A stretch of 64,000 nucleotides of DNA. Source: Candidatus Nanoarchaeia archaeon (GTDB lineage: Archaea > Nanobdellota > Nanobdellia > SCGC-AAA011-G17 > GW2011-AR18). The stretch is from positions 132 to 64,131 of the forward strand of contig DATDVT010000045.1 in NCBI GenBank assembly GCA_035289905.1, written 5' to 3'. Position numbers and translations under genes: made by a program. Positions 1 to 8,929 of the stretch are shown here, one piece after another; positions within the stretch are counted from its first letter, which is position 1, and each line of letters opens with the position of its first letter. The notes beneath the pieces were generated by a model. The model searched no databases. It was not told where the DNA came from and was given only the letters and a program-made list of their open reading frames with translations.

Positions 1-267
1 TACGATTATATTCACCGCTATGTTCCTCTATAGTCCTTTCTATCATTAATACTGTACTTAATGTAGGAGATCTCGCTAAAGAGTTAATTTGTTTTTGCAT
101 AACATTTAATATATCAATTGATATATAAATCTTTTTATTACAAAAAATACTCTCAATAGATTTAAATACAAAAATTCAACAAAGAATTATAGATATAGAA
201 ACAAAATCAAGAAATGAGAAAACTGAAGAAAATCTAAATATTTATCTAAAACTAAGAAATAACAATA

Positions 268-798
268 TCACTCTTTATCATAATGTATTAAACTATGTAT
301 ATCATAACCCTTAAATTTTTCTCTAGGATTCAAAAAATCTAATTCTATTAAAAAACACATCCCTTCAATCTTTCCACCTAAAGATTCGATCATTTTAATC
401 ATAGCTTCAACAGTTCCACCAGTTGCAATTAAATCATCTACTATCAAAACATTATCTCCCTTTGAAATAGCATCCTTATGCATCTCAATATAATCTAAAC
501 CATATTCTTTTTCATAAGAACCTGAAATAACTTCATAAGGTAACTTACCTTTTTTACGAACAGGGACAAAACCAACACCTAATTCATAAGCAACTAAGGC
601 TCCAAAAATAAAACCTCTTGATTCAGCGCCAACTACCTTATCAATTCTTCTATTTCTAAACTTATCAGTCATTTCACGAACGGCCTTACGTAATAGATAA
701 CCATCTAAAATTAAAGGAGTTATATCTTTAAACATAATTCCTGGTTTAGGATAATTTGAAATTGTTCTTATTTTTTCTTCATATCTCATTTTGTTCAC
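268..798 (-). CDS. apt: adenine phosphoribosyltransferase
   Basis: 176 aa; PRPP-binding motif VLIVDDLIATGGT and VVGAESRGFIFG typical of type I PRTases/APRT; overlaps upstream MTAP gene by 4 nt (operon). Confidence 0.85.
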   Translation of the reverse strand: MNKMRYEEKIRTISNYPKPGIMFKDITPLILDGYLLRKAVREMTDKFRNRRIDKVVGAESRGFIFGALVAYELGVGFVPVRKKGKLPYEVISGSYEKEYGLDYIEMHKDAISKGDNVLIVDDLIATGGTVEAMIKMIESLGGKIEGMCFLIELDFLNPREKFKGYDIHSLIHYDKE

Positions 799-1577
799 AT
801 TATCGAATTCTTAATAGCTGTTCTACATTCACATTCTAGATAATCAATTCTTGAAATAACATCTAAAATCAATTTGTTAACATTAGAAGCATTTTTTTTC
901 ATAGTAAAAAATATTTCTTCAACATTAACAATATTATCTTTCCAGCAATCATAATCAGTAATCATACACGCTGATACATAACATAACCCTAATTCTCTAG
1001 CTAAAACACATTCTGGAACTAAAGTCATTCCAATAACATCACAACCCCATGAACGAAACAAATTACTTTCAGCTTTAGTAGAAAATCTTGGACCTTCAAT
1101 AACTACAATAGTTCCTTTTCCATGAAATCTCAATCCCAAAGAAGAAGCTGATGCTTTCAATATCATTCTTAGTTTAGAACAAAAAGGTTCAGCCATAGAT
1201 ATATGACAAACCTCTCTACCATAATAGAAACTTTGTTCTCTTTTGGTAGTTCTATCAATAAACTGATCAACAAAAACAAAATCTCCTGGCCTCATATCAT
1301 CTCTTAAAGAACCAACAGCAGATGCAGCAATAACATGTGTAACACCTAATTCCTTTAAAGCCCACAAATTTGCCCTATAATTTACATTAGATGGATTGTA
1401 ACTATGTTTATCACCATGTCGAGAAATAGTAACAATATCTCTTTCATTAATTTTTCCAATATTTAAAAAACCAGAAGTCATCCCATAAGGCGTATGCATT
1501 TTTATAGTTTCAAGAGAATCAAATATTTTGGGATCATCAACACCAGATCCGCCTATCACACCAATTTTCATAAGCAA
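795..1577 (-). CDS. mtnP: S-methyl-5'-thioadenosine (/5'-deoxyadenosine) phosphorylase, PNP/MTAP family
   Basis: 260 aa; N-terminal KIGVIGGSG, NPSNVNYRANLWALKELGV, GMTLVPECVLARELGLCYV motifs characteristic of MTAP. Confidence 0.8.
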   Translation of the reverse strand: MLMKIGVIGGSGVDDPKIFDSLETIKMHTPYGMTSGFLNIGKINERDIVTISRHGDKHSYNPSNVNYRANLWALKELGVTHVIAASAVGSLRDDMRPGDFVFVDQFIDRTTKREQSFYYGREVCHISMAEPFCSKLRMILKASASSLGLRFHGKGTIVVIEGPRFSTKAESNLFRSWGCDVIGMTLVPECVLARELGLCYVSACMITDYDCWKDNIVNVEEIFFTMKKNASNVNKLILDVISRIDYLECECRTAIKNSIM

Positions 1578-1629
1578 AATATTTCCTTTCTAATTTTAAT
1601 AATTATTAAAAAAGAACCTATACATTGAA

Positions 1630-2277
1630 TTATAACCTTTCACATAGAAATAACCAGCCGAATGGTTTTCCAATACCATTCTGTTTTTCAAGTTTATATG
1701 CCACTCTCATTGCTCTTGTTTCAGGAAGCAACTTAAAAAAATATTTAAAAGAATTATACTTAATATAACTTTGAATTTTTAAAATATTAAAACCATTTCT
1801 ATTAATTTCATTCTCAATTATATCTTTAATCTCTTTATCTAAAATATCAAAAACAAATAATCCGTTTTTCTTTAAAACTTTAAAAATTTGTTTATAAATT
1901 AAAAACCTATCAGAAATATCAAATCTATCTATAAAATCAAAAGAATAAGCTAAATCAAAAAATTCCTCTTGAAAGTTTAAATTAAAAACATCTCCTTCAA
2001 CAACAATCCATTTCTTACCAAGCAACTGTCTTGCTACACTTAACATCTCTTGACTAGAATCTAAAGCAACCCCCTGCCTAAAACCAAACAAATCTTGCTC
2101 AACTCTCCCTAAACCACAAGCTAAATCCAAAACCAAATCAGAGTTTCTTTTTAAGATTAAATTATTTAAAAATTCTGCTTGTAATCTTAAAACTAAATTC
2201 TCAAAATATTCTTCAGATTTATAGTACTTAACAACTCTCTCATCCTGATAATATCTCTTAAATTCCGATCTATCCAT
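1630..2277 (-). CDS. class I SAM-dependent methyltransferase
   Basis: 215 aa; motif I VLDLACGLGRV; Rossmann-fold MTase pattern. Confidence 0.6.
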   Translation of the reverse strand: MDRSEFKRYYQDERVVKYYKSEEYFENLVLRLQAEFLNNLILKRNSDLVLDLACGLGRVEQDLFGFRQGVALDSSQEMLSVARQLLGKKWIVVEGDVFNLNFQEEFFDLAYSFDFIDRFDISDRFLIYKQIFKVLKKNGLFVFDILDKEIKDIIENEINRNGFNILKIQSYIKYNSFKYFFKLLPETRAMRVAYKLEKQNGIGKPFGWLFLCERL

Positions 2278-2320
2278 AATCCTTCCGAAAGGGTAGACTA
2301 TTTAAGATTTACCAAAGGAT

Positions 2321-2342
2321 TTCTCTGGTGCATTAACGGGTG
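2321..2342. repeat. left terminal inverted repeat (22 bp)
   Basis: read directly; perfect reverse complement of 5254-5275. Confidence 0.8.
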
Positions 2343-2361
2343 CTGAAAGCACCAAAAAAAT

Positions 2362-2526
2362 TTAATTTTTCTTTTTAATTATTAATTTCCCGTCTTTTAC
2401 TTCTCCATCTAATTCTTGTCCTGATTTCCATTTAAGCAATTCAAGAATTTTATTAGGAATAACTACCCAAGATTTAATATATTCCGTATCTCCTACTTTT
2501 CTGCTCACCTGACTTTGAAGTTTCAT
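2362..2526 (-). CDS. unannotated 54-aa SpoVT/AbrB-like (swapped-hairpin) small DNA-binding protein, divergent from transposase
   Basis: my translation of minus strand: MKLQSQVSRKVGDTEYIKSWVVIPNKILELLKWKSGQELDGEVKDGKLIIKKKN; pattern K-x-G..(I/V)(V/T)IP..I...L....G.EL...V.DGKLII.K resembles AbrB/MazE/VapB-type antitoxin/regulators; below 60-aa ORF-track cutoff. Confidence 0.4.
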   Translation of the reverse strand: MKLQSQVSRKVGDTEYIKSWVVIPNKILELLKWKSGQELDGEVKDGKLIIKKKN

Positions 2527-2533
2527 AGAGTTA

Positions 2534-2627
2534 TTAGATACCTATTACTTATAAATCTTTCGGTTCCTAATTTTATTACTATATAGATATATTTTAGATA
2601 CCGAAAAGTATATAAAGGTTAGATACC
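2534..2627 (+). promoter_or_regulatory. transposase promoter region: three direct copies of TTAGATACC (2534-2542, 2594-2602, 2619-2627) flanking a TATA-like box GTATATAAAGG (2608-2618) about 20-30 nt upstream of transposase ATG (2638)
   Basis: repeats and TATA read directly; imperfect inverted pair CTTTCGGT/ACCGAAAAG at 2556-2563/2602-2610. Confidence 0.4.
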
Positions 2628-2637
2628 TAAATATATT

Positions 2638-3546
2638 ATGAAAAACAAAGAAATAATCTGTCCGAAGTGCAAGAGTAAGGAAATTAAGAAAGACGGCAAA
2701 CGAAAGACAAATAATAGGGGAAAAGTCCAACGATATAAATGTAAATGTTGCTCAAATAGATTTATCACAGACCCCTTCGCAAGAATGAGAAACACCCCAC
2801 AGAAAATAACCTGTGCTTTAGATTTGTTCTTTAGGGGTTTATCTACTCGTGGAGTTCAAGAACATTTTAAGGCGTTCTTCCCACATAATTCTAACCATAG
2901 CACAATTTTAAGGTGGATTAGAAAATACTCTCTTAAAATTTCTGATTATACAGATAAACTTCAAGTTCAATCTGGCTCTTACATAGAAGTTGATGAGATG
3001 GAATTTCATAGAAGAAAAAGCCATAAAGCAAAATTAGGAATAGATAAAAACTGGTTAATAAATGGAATTGATGTTAAAACAAGATTTCTTATTAATTCCA
3101 CTTATGCAAAGAATAGAAATAAAAAAGAATTAAAATCTGTTCTAAATAAAGTAAAAGATAAAACTCAAGATAGAGTAAAAATTGTTACAACAGATGGATT
3201 AACAACTTACACTAATTTAGTTAAGAAAACTTGGGGTTATGATAACAGATTAGGAAAACACAAAATAATTCATAAAGTTGTAACAGCAAGTAAAGGTGAA
3301 GGTTTTAATATTTGGGTTGAGAGAGTTCATAATTCAATAAGACAAAGAACGCATAGTTTTAGAGGATTACACGGCTCAATTAATTCTGCTTATAGTTTAA
3401 TGAAAGGAATTGAGATATATTACAACTTTATAAAAAAGCACGAGGCATTAAACTACAAAACTCCGTCTGAGTTGGCTATTCCTGAATTAAAATTTGAAAC
3501 TCCTAATAGGTGGATGGAGTTGATTGAAAAATCCAAAACCCTATAA
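2638..3546 (+). CDS. DDE transposase, IS6(IS26)-family-like with N-terminal zinc-finger (archaeal type)
   Basis: 302 aa; N-term CPKCKS...YKCKCC Zn-finger; catalytic-region layout EVDEMEF ... TTDGLTTY ... NIWVERVHNSIRQR ... MKGIEIYYNF parallels IS26 Tnp DETY/TDKAPAY/NNVIECDH/IKGIEV. Confidence 0.75.
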   Translation: MKNKEIICPKCKSKEIKKDGKRKTNNRGKVQRYKCKCCSNRFITDPFARMRNTPQKITCALDLFFRGLSTRGVQEHFKAFFPHNSNHSTILRWIRKYSLKISDYTDKLQVQSGSYIEVDEMEFHRRKSHKAKLGIDKNWLINGIDVKTRFLINSTYAKNRNKKELKSVLNKVKDKTQDRVKIVTTDGLTTYTNLVKKTWGYDNRLGKHKIIHKVVTASKGEGFNIWVERVHNSIRQRTHSFRGLHGSINSAYSLMKGIEIYYNFIKKHEALNYKTPSELAIPELKFETPNRWMELIEKSKTL

Positions 3547-3623
3547 GTTAATTATCTTGGAACACAAAAATGCAAATATTTTTTATTAGAAAGAATTATA
3601 AATCAATCTTCAATAATTTTATT

Positions 3624-4226
3624 ATGATAAAAGCAATAATCTTTGATTTGGGAGGAGTATGTTTTGAAATTGATTGGTTGAAAATTAATGATGAGATGGT
3701 TAAAAAGTTTAATATAACTACCCTTGTTAAATCAGCAGGCAATGAGAAAGCCATAACCTATTACAAGGAGGCTCTTGAAGGAAAGAGGCATCCTATTGAT
3801 ATGTTTAGGGAATTAAATAATAGAGATAACGACTTAAATGATATTATCAAATTTTACAAAGAGATGTATAAAAAATATAAGACTCACAATAAGCAGATAT
3901 ATGAATTAATTAAGAATTTAAAAAATAAATTTACCATTGTATGTCTCTCGGATACAAATGTTGTTCATTATCAAGCTCACGAAGAGCAAGGAACAATAAA
4001 GGACTTTCATCACGTATTTACTTCATTTAAAATTGGCAGTATAAAAAGAGACAAAAATACTTTTAAGAAAGTTTTAAATGAATTGTCAATAAAACCAGAA
4101 GAGACTGTTTTTATAGATGATAACGATAAGAATGTGGAAATAGCAAAGTCTTTAGGCATTAATGGAATAAAATATACTAACTATGAAGATTTGATAAAGG
4201 AATTAGAAAATCTTAAGGTTTTGTAG
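3624..4226 (+). CDS. HAD-superfamily hydrolase (subfamily IA-like); ORF-track start 3570 probably too long
   Basis: motif I IIFDLGGV at proposed N-terminus (MIKAIIFDLGGV); C-terminal VFIDDNDKNVEIAKSLGI = HAD motif IV. Confidence 0.65.
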   Translation: MIKAIIFDLGGVCFEIDWLKINDEMVKKFNITTLVKSAGNEKAITYYKEALEGKRHPIDMFRELNNRDNDLNDIIKFYKEMYKKYKTHNKQIYELIKNLKNKFTIVCLSDTNVVHYQAHEEQGTIKDFHHVFTSFKIGSIKRDKNTFKKVLNELSIKPEETVFIDDNDKNVEIAKSLGINGIKYTNYEDLIKELENLKVL

Positions 4227-4287
4227 TGTAACTATAAAATGGTATCAAAAGAAAGATTTATATAGTTTTTATCTTATATGTTACAAT

Positions 4288-5160
4288 ATGGAATTTATGC
4301 TTGATTCAGCAAATTTAGAAGAGATAAAAAAAGTAAAAGATCTTGGTCTATTGGGCGGTCTAACCACAAATCCCATAATAATTCAAAAAGGGTTAACAGA
4401 ATTAGCTTACAAAGGAAACTTTTTTGATTATGCTAAAAGAATACTAGAGTTGACAGAAGATAAACCATGCTTTTTTCAAGTTGCGACACAATTCAAAGAG
4501 CAAATAATAAATCAAGCAAGATCATTATATGAAAGTTTAAAATCTTTTGGAAACGTGCATATAAAAGTTCCCATAAATACTTCATTAGCAGAAGGAGATA
4601 GTGTTTATGAGGGATTTTCTGCAATCAGAGAATTAAACTCGAAGAATGTTCCAATATTAGCCACTGCTATAGTTACTCCGGTTCAAGCTTATCTTGCTTC
4701 TGTAGCTGGAGCAAAATATGCAGTTTTAATGTTAAGGCCATATGATAATATAATTGCTGAAAATTTGGAAATAGGAGATTTAGGAGAGAGCGGATATCTT
4801 ACCAATAAAAGAGTTCTAGATGAAATGACTAAAAGAAATAAGAGTTTGGATAATTACTTGTCTGGAGAAGAGACCTTAAGGAGAGCAGGTAAAATATTCA
4901 AAGATAGGAATTTAGCAACCAAACTTTTAATCGCAGGAATTAGAAATCCCGTTCAAGCGTCTTGGGTAATGGAAACAGGGGGAGTTTCTGCAATAACTAT
5001 GCCTTATAAAGTATTCAGGAGTTTGTTCAGCCATGAAGGCACTAAAAGGTTTGTCATCTTTTCTGCTGTTCAAAATCTGCCCAAATTTGAGATTGAGATA
5101 TCCAAACGGACATTTTTGGAATGCAGGATATTTCTGCTGTTCTGTCGGAGCGGAGTTTGA
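4288..5160 (+). CDS. transaldolase/fructose-6-phosphate aldolase (Tal/FSA) family protein
   Basis: N-term MEFMLDSANLEEIKK...GGLTTNP (Tal signature) and Schiff-base lysine context NVHIKVPINTS; C-terminal Tal-like IAGIRNPVQASWVMETGGVSAITMPYKVFRSLFSHEGTKRF. Confidence 0.7.
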   Translation: MEFMLDSANLEEIKKVKDLGLLGGLTTNPIIIQKGLTELAYKGNFFDYAKRILELTEDKPCFFQVATQFKEQIINQARSLYESLKSFGNVHIKVPINTSLAEGDSVYEGFSAIRELNSKNVPILATAIVTPVQAYLASVAGAKYAVLMLRPYDNIIAENLEIGDLGESGYLTNKRVLDEMTKRNKSLDNYLSGEETLRRAGKIFKDRNLATKLLIAGIRNPVQASWVMETGGVSAITMPYKVFRSLFSHEGTKRFVIFSAVQNLPKFEIEISKRTFLECRIFLLFCRSGV

Positions 5161-5218
5161 ACAAGTTTTTTCATACATAGAAAATCAACAGATGCATCAT
5201 GCGTAAAACTAAAGGACG

Positions 5219-5238
5219 CCTCGCCCTTTAGGGCGAGG
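5219..5238. terminator. GC-rich perfect hairpin CCTCGCCC-TTTA-GGGCGAGG just inside right IR; possible terminator or transposon-end structure
   Basis: 8-bp GC stem read directly; highly atypical composition for this AT-rich sequence; no clear T-tract follows. Confidence 0.2.
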
Positions 5239-5253
5239 AGGATGTCACAAGAA

Positions 5254-5275
5254 CACCCGTTAATGCACCAGAGAA
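5254..5275. repeat. right terminal inverted repeat (22 bp)
   Basis: read directly; perfect reverse complement of 2321-2342; followed by CCAAAGGAT direct repeat. Confidence 0.8.
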
Positions 5276-5385
5276 CCAAAGGATAAGTCTATTGTTCTCA
5301 AAAAGTAATAGAAATAAACCAACAGAAAAAAATTATAAGAAAAAATTTAACAAAAGAATATAAATTACTTATTTATCTATTTTTT

Positions 5386-6522
5386 ATGAAAATTGGCTTT
5401 TTAATCTCTTACTTTTATCCATTTGAGGGTGGAGCAGAAAACAACTGTTTTTATCTGGCAAAAGAATTAGCTAAAAATAATGAGGTTCATATATTTACTT
5501 CAGACAGAAGAGAAAATACTATTCTAAAAAAAGAAGAAATAATCGATAATATTCATATACATAGAAGCAAAACGCTCTATAGATATAAATATTATTTAAC
5601 ATTCAATCCCTCTTTATTAACAAAAATATTGAAAACTAATTTAGATATATTACATGTTCACAGCTTTGGTTTTATTTGGCATGATTTAGTTGTTTTAATA
5701 AAAAAATTAACCTCAAAAACTATTATTTTTAATACTCCACATGGACCATTTATGGCTTTAAGTTCATACACAAAAAAAGAATTAATTTTCAAAACAATTC
5801 TAGAAAACATAGAAAAAATAACAAATAAGTCATATAATAAAATAATTCAAGTAAATCCTTATCAATACAAATGGCTAACAAAAAAAGGAATAAAAAAAAG
5901 TAATATTTTATATTTACCAAATGGAATTCCAAAAGAAACAATAATTCAAGCAAATAAGAAAGAATTTATAAAAAAATATAATTTAAAAGAAAGATTTATA
6001 ATTTCTTATCTTGGAAGAATACAAAAATATAAGGGAATTGACCAGGTCTTAGGGGTTCTACCAAATATAATAAAAATTCAACCAAATATCTTATTTTTAA
6101 TTATGGGCAAAGATGCTGGTGATTTAAAACGAATAAAAGATATAATAAAAAATAATAACTTAAAAGATTATACTATGATTATAGAAAATATAAATGAAAA
6201 AGAAAAACTAGAAGGGTTGAATGCTTCAGAAATATTTATTTTTCCCTCAGAATGGGAAGCATTTGGAATAGTAACTTTAGAAGCAATGGCACAAGGCAAT
6301 GCAATAATAGCAACAAAAACAGAAGGTTCATTATTTCTAGTAGAAAAAAACAATGGCTTACTTTATGATTATAAAAACATAAAACAACTAGAATCTAAAA
6401 TAAAAGAATTATTAAATAATAGAGAAAAACTAAAAATATTACAAAAAAATAATATTAAAAAAGCAAAAAACTTTACTTGGGATAAAATAGCTAAAAAATT
6501 AGAAAATTATTATAAAAAATGA
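5386..6522 (+). CDS. glycosyltransferase family 4 (GT-B, GT1-like)
   Basis: 378 aa; N-term FYPFEGGAE; C-terminal FPSEWEAFGIVTLEAMAQGNAIIATKTEG (E-x7-E motif region). Confidence 0.75.
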   Translation: MKIGFLISYFYPFEGGAENNCFYLAKELAKNNEVHIFTSDRRENTILKKEEIIDNIHIHRSKTLYRYKYYLTFNPSLLTKILKTNLDILHVHSFGFIWHDLVVLIKKLTSKTIIFNTPHGPFMALSSYTKKELIFKTILENIEKITNKSYNKIIQVNPYQYKWLTKKGIKKSNILYLPNGIPKETIIQANKKEFIKKYNLKERFIISYLGRIQKYKGIDQVLGVLPNIIKIQPNILFLIMGKDAGDLKRIKDIIKNNNLKDYTMIIENINEKEKLEGLNASEIFIFPSEWEAFGIVTLEAMAQGNAIIATKTEGSLFLVEKNNGLLYDYKNIKQLESKIKELLNNREKLKILQKNNIKKAKNFTWDKIAKKLENYYKK

Positions 6523-7892
6523 AAATACTTTTAATATATCCAAATATTATAGAATCGCCTAAAGATATATCACATGGTCTTGCTCAATTATCAAGTATTT
6601 TAAAAAAAGAAGATCATGAAGTACAATTAATAGATTATACATTTAAACCCACAAAAAAAGAAATTATAAACAAAGTAAAAAACTTTAACCCTGATATAAT
6701 TGGGGTTACAATAGCAACAAATGATAAAGAAAATGCATTAAATATCTTAAGGTTGATTAAACCGTATACGAATGCAAAAATAATGGGTGGTGGTTTTCAT
6801 GCAACTATAGCTCCAGAAGATCTAATTAAAGAAGAAATAATAAATGGAGTATGTCTTGGGGAAGGAGAACAAGCTTTTTTAGAATTTGTAAATAATTTAC
6901 AACATAAAAAAAAGATATCAAACATAAAAAATCTTTGGTATAAAACCCCACAAGGATTAGTAAAAAATGAAATAAGAAAATTGATTCAAGATCTTGATTT
7001 ATTACCATTTCCAGATAAATCATTATTTTACTATCAAAAATATATAGATCATAATAGGGGTTTAGCAACATTTATAACTAGCAGGGGATGTCCATATCAA
7101 TGCTCTTATTGTATAAATAAAACATTACAAAATATCTATAAAGGAGAAAAATATACAAGATTTCATTCAATAGATTACCTAATTAAAGAAATAAAAGAAG
7201 TGATTACAAAATATAAAGTAAAAGAAATAGAATTTTATGATGATACTTTTACACTAGATAAAGAAAGAATAAAAGAATTTGTTGATGTATACCCAAAAGA
7301 AATTGGTTTGCCTTTCTATATTAATGCAAGAGTAAATGCAGTAACTAAAGAAGATTTTTTATTATTAAAAAAAGCTGGTTGTGTAAGAGTTTCTATAGGG
7401 ATAGAATCAGGAGATGAAAAGATTAGAAATGAAGTTTTAAATAGAAATATGTCTAATGAACAAATTATAGAGACATTTAGATGGGCTAAAGAAGCAAAAT
7501 TAAAAACATATTCATTTAATATGATAGGAATGCCCTTTGAAACAATAAACTCAATTAAAAAAACAATAAAAATAAACCAAATAATCCAACCAGATTTTAT
7601 AGGTGTATCTTTATTTAATGCATTTAAAGGTACAGAAATATATAACTTATGTGAAAAAAATAATCTGATAAAAAATAAAACAGCAAAGTCATATTTTAGA
7701 GAATCCAATGTAAAATCTATTTCAGAGAAAAAATTACAAAAAATTAGAGAATCGTTTGGTTTTCATGTTTACAAGTATAAACGACCATTTAGAGCGACAA
7801 TAGATTTAATAGATAAAAAATTCTCAAAATATCCAGAAATACAAAAAATAAAAGAGTCTTTATTAAAATATGGCATAAGAAAATTCATTTAA
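6519..7892 (+). CDS. cobalamin-binding (class B) radical SAM protein
   Basis: 457 aa; N-terminal B12-binding Rossmann-like region MKILLIYPN...; SRGCPYQCSYC (CxxxCxxC); start overlaps upstream stop (ATGA). Confidence 0.8.
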   Translation: MKILLIYPNIIESPKDISHGLAQLSSILKKEDHEVQLIDYTFKPTKKEIINKVKNFNPDIIGVTIATNDKENALNILRLIKPYTNAKIMGGGFHATIAPEDLIKEEIINGVCLGEGEQAFLEFVNNLQHKKKISNIKNLWYKTPQGLVKNEIRKLIQDLDLLPFPDKSLFYYQKYIDHNRGLATFITSRGCPYQCSYCINKTLQNIYKGEKYTRFHSIDYLIKEIKEVITKYKVKEIEFYDDTFTLDKERIKEFVDVYPKEIGLPFYINARVNAVTKEDFLLLKKAGCVRVSIGIESGDEKIRNEVLNRNMSNEQIIETFRWAKEAKLKTYSFNMIGMPFETINSIKKTIKINQIIQPDFIGVSLFNAFKGTEIYNLCEKNNLIKNKTAKSYFRESNVKSISEKKLQKIRESFGFHVYKYKRPFRATIDLIDKKFSKYPEIQKIKESLLKYGIRKFI

Positions 7893-8907
7893 GAATATAA
7901 TCTATTATTTTTGGTAAAATATCTTCTTTATCTTGATATAATTGCTTTACCCTTTCTTTAGAATCTTTGTTATTAATTAGCTCTTTAACCTTTTCGAAGG
8001 CCTCATTTTGATTTCTATAAGAATAGACTAATCCATATTTTTCTTGCAATTCTCTAAAAACACCTGATCCATGCTTAGTTTCAACTAGACTATTACATCT
8101 TATAGCATAAGTCCCTAACAAACCGGATTCAATAGCCATTGTTTGACTATCTCCAACAAATAAATCAGAATAATATAATAAATGATGAACTTTATTTAAA
8201 TTAATCTTTAATCTATACTGCTCTAATTCTTTAGGTAATTCATCCTCAGCACTAATAAAAACTTTTCCATGTTCTTTCAAAAAATTAACAATCTTAATTA
8301 AACCTTTTCTATCAAAACCAGTACTTTGGTTTAAATCGTGAAGTGCATTCCAAGCAACAGATCTTATTACAAAAAATCTTTCTTTTTCTTTTAGATTCAA
8401 TTCATCTAAAACTCTTCGATCTGGAGCAAAATAATTGGGATGTAAATAAGCCATCTCAAAAAAACCGTTAACTTTTAAATGTTTCTTACCAAAATTATTC
8501 TCTAAAAAATCAGGCGTACAAATATGATTAGATAGATTATAAGCAACAAAACCATTCAAACTAACTGATTCACAATTTGTAAAAGAAAAACTTTTTTTTC
8601 CTAACAATTTAGACACAATAGAAGTAGTCTCGCCCGGAAAACCTAATAATACATCAATATCCCTGTCTTTAACTAAATGATAGACTAATCTAGTTCTAAT
8701 CTGCCATTCATTAAATAAACCAAAAAAACCTTTTCCAAATTCACCTGTTCTTACAAAAGTAAAACCCTCCTCTTCCAAAAGTTTAATTGCCTCAACTCTA
8801 TTTCTACTAACAATAATACAATTATGACTTTTATCTTCTAACTTCTTAATAATATTTTTAAAAAAATGAACATTTCCTGGATGAGTTATATCTATCAAAA
8901 AATTCAT
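7885..8907 (-). CDS. DUF354-like protein (GT-B-fold-like, common in archaeal glycosylation loci)
   Basis: 340 aa; N-term MNFLIDITHPGNVHFFKNIIKKLEDKSH resembles DUF354 N-terminus (IDIT.P..VhFFK.II..LE); recalled from memory, not searched. Confidence 0.4.
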   Translation of the reverse strand: MNFLIDITHPGNVHFFKNIIKKLEDKSHNCIIVSRNRVEAIKLLEEEGFTFVRTGEFGKGFFGLFNEWQIRTRLVYHLVKDRDIDVLLGFPGETTSIVSKLLGKKSFSFTNCESVSLNGFVAYNLSNHICTPDFLENNFGKKHLKVNGFFEMAYLHPNYFAPDRRVLDELNLKEKERFFVIRSVAWNALHDLNQSTGFDRKGLIKIVNFLKEHGKVFISAEDELPKELEQYRLKINLNKVHHLLYYSDLFVGDSQTMAIESGLLGTYAIRCNSLVETKHGSGVFRELQEKYGLVYSYRNQNEAFEKVKELINNKDSKERVKQLYQDKEDILPKIIDYILK

Positions 8908-8929
8908 AAAAAATTAAAATTAAACCTTC

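Larger units (their letters stand above)
2321..5275. mobile_element. 2955-bp transposon bounded by perfect 22-bp terminal inverted repeats and 9-bp direct repeats (CCAAAGGAT at 2312-2320 and 5276-5284); carries IS6-like transposase plus HAD hydrolase and transaldolase-family passenger genes
   Basis: 2321-2342 TTCTCTGGTGCATTAACGGGTG is the exact reverse complement of 5254-5275 CACCCGTTAATGCACCAGAGAA; identical 9-mer immediately outside each IR = target-site-duplication signature. Confidence 0.6.

Noticed and set aside
2545-2730. 61-aa minus-strand ORF over the transposase promoter/start
   Set aside because: Low-complexity, overlaps the transposase start and the repeat/TATA region; the real small gene on this strand is the AbrB-like ORF at 2362-2526
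3570-3623. Extended N-terminus of HAD hydrolase ORF
   Set aside because: HAD motif I (FDLGGV) must be near the N-terminus; the internal Met at 3624 gives a canonical start, so the upstream 18 codons are probably not translated
4927-5279. Minus-strand ORFs 4927-5178 and 5070-5279
   Set aside because: Antisense to the C-terminus of the transaldolase-family gene and to the transposon end; no motifs; likely spurious
6168-7708. Antisense ORFs 6168-6353, 6826-7071, 7316-7708 inside GT4 and rSAM genes
   Set aside because: Embedded in the opposite strand of well-supported genes; hydrophobic low-complexity translations typical of AT-rich antisense frames
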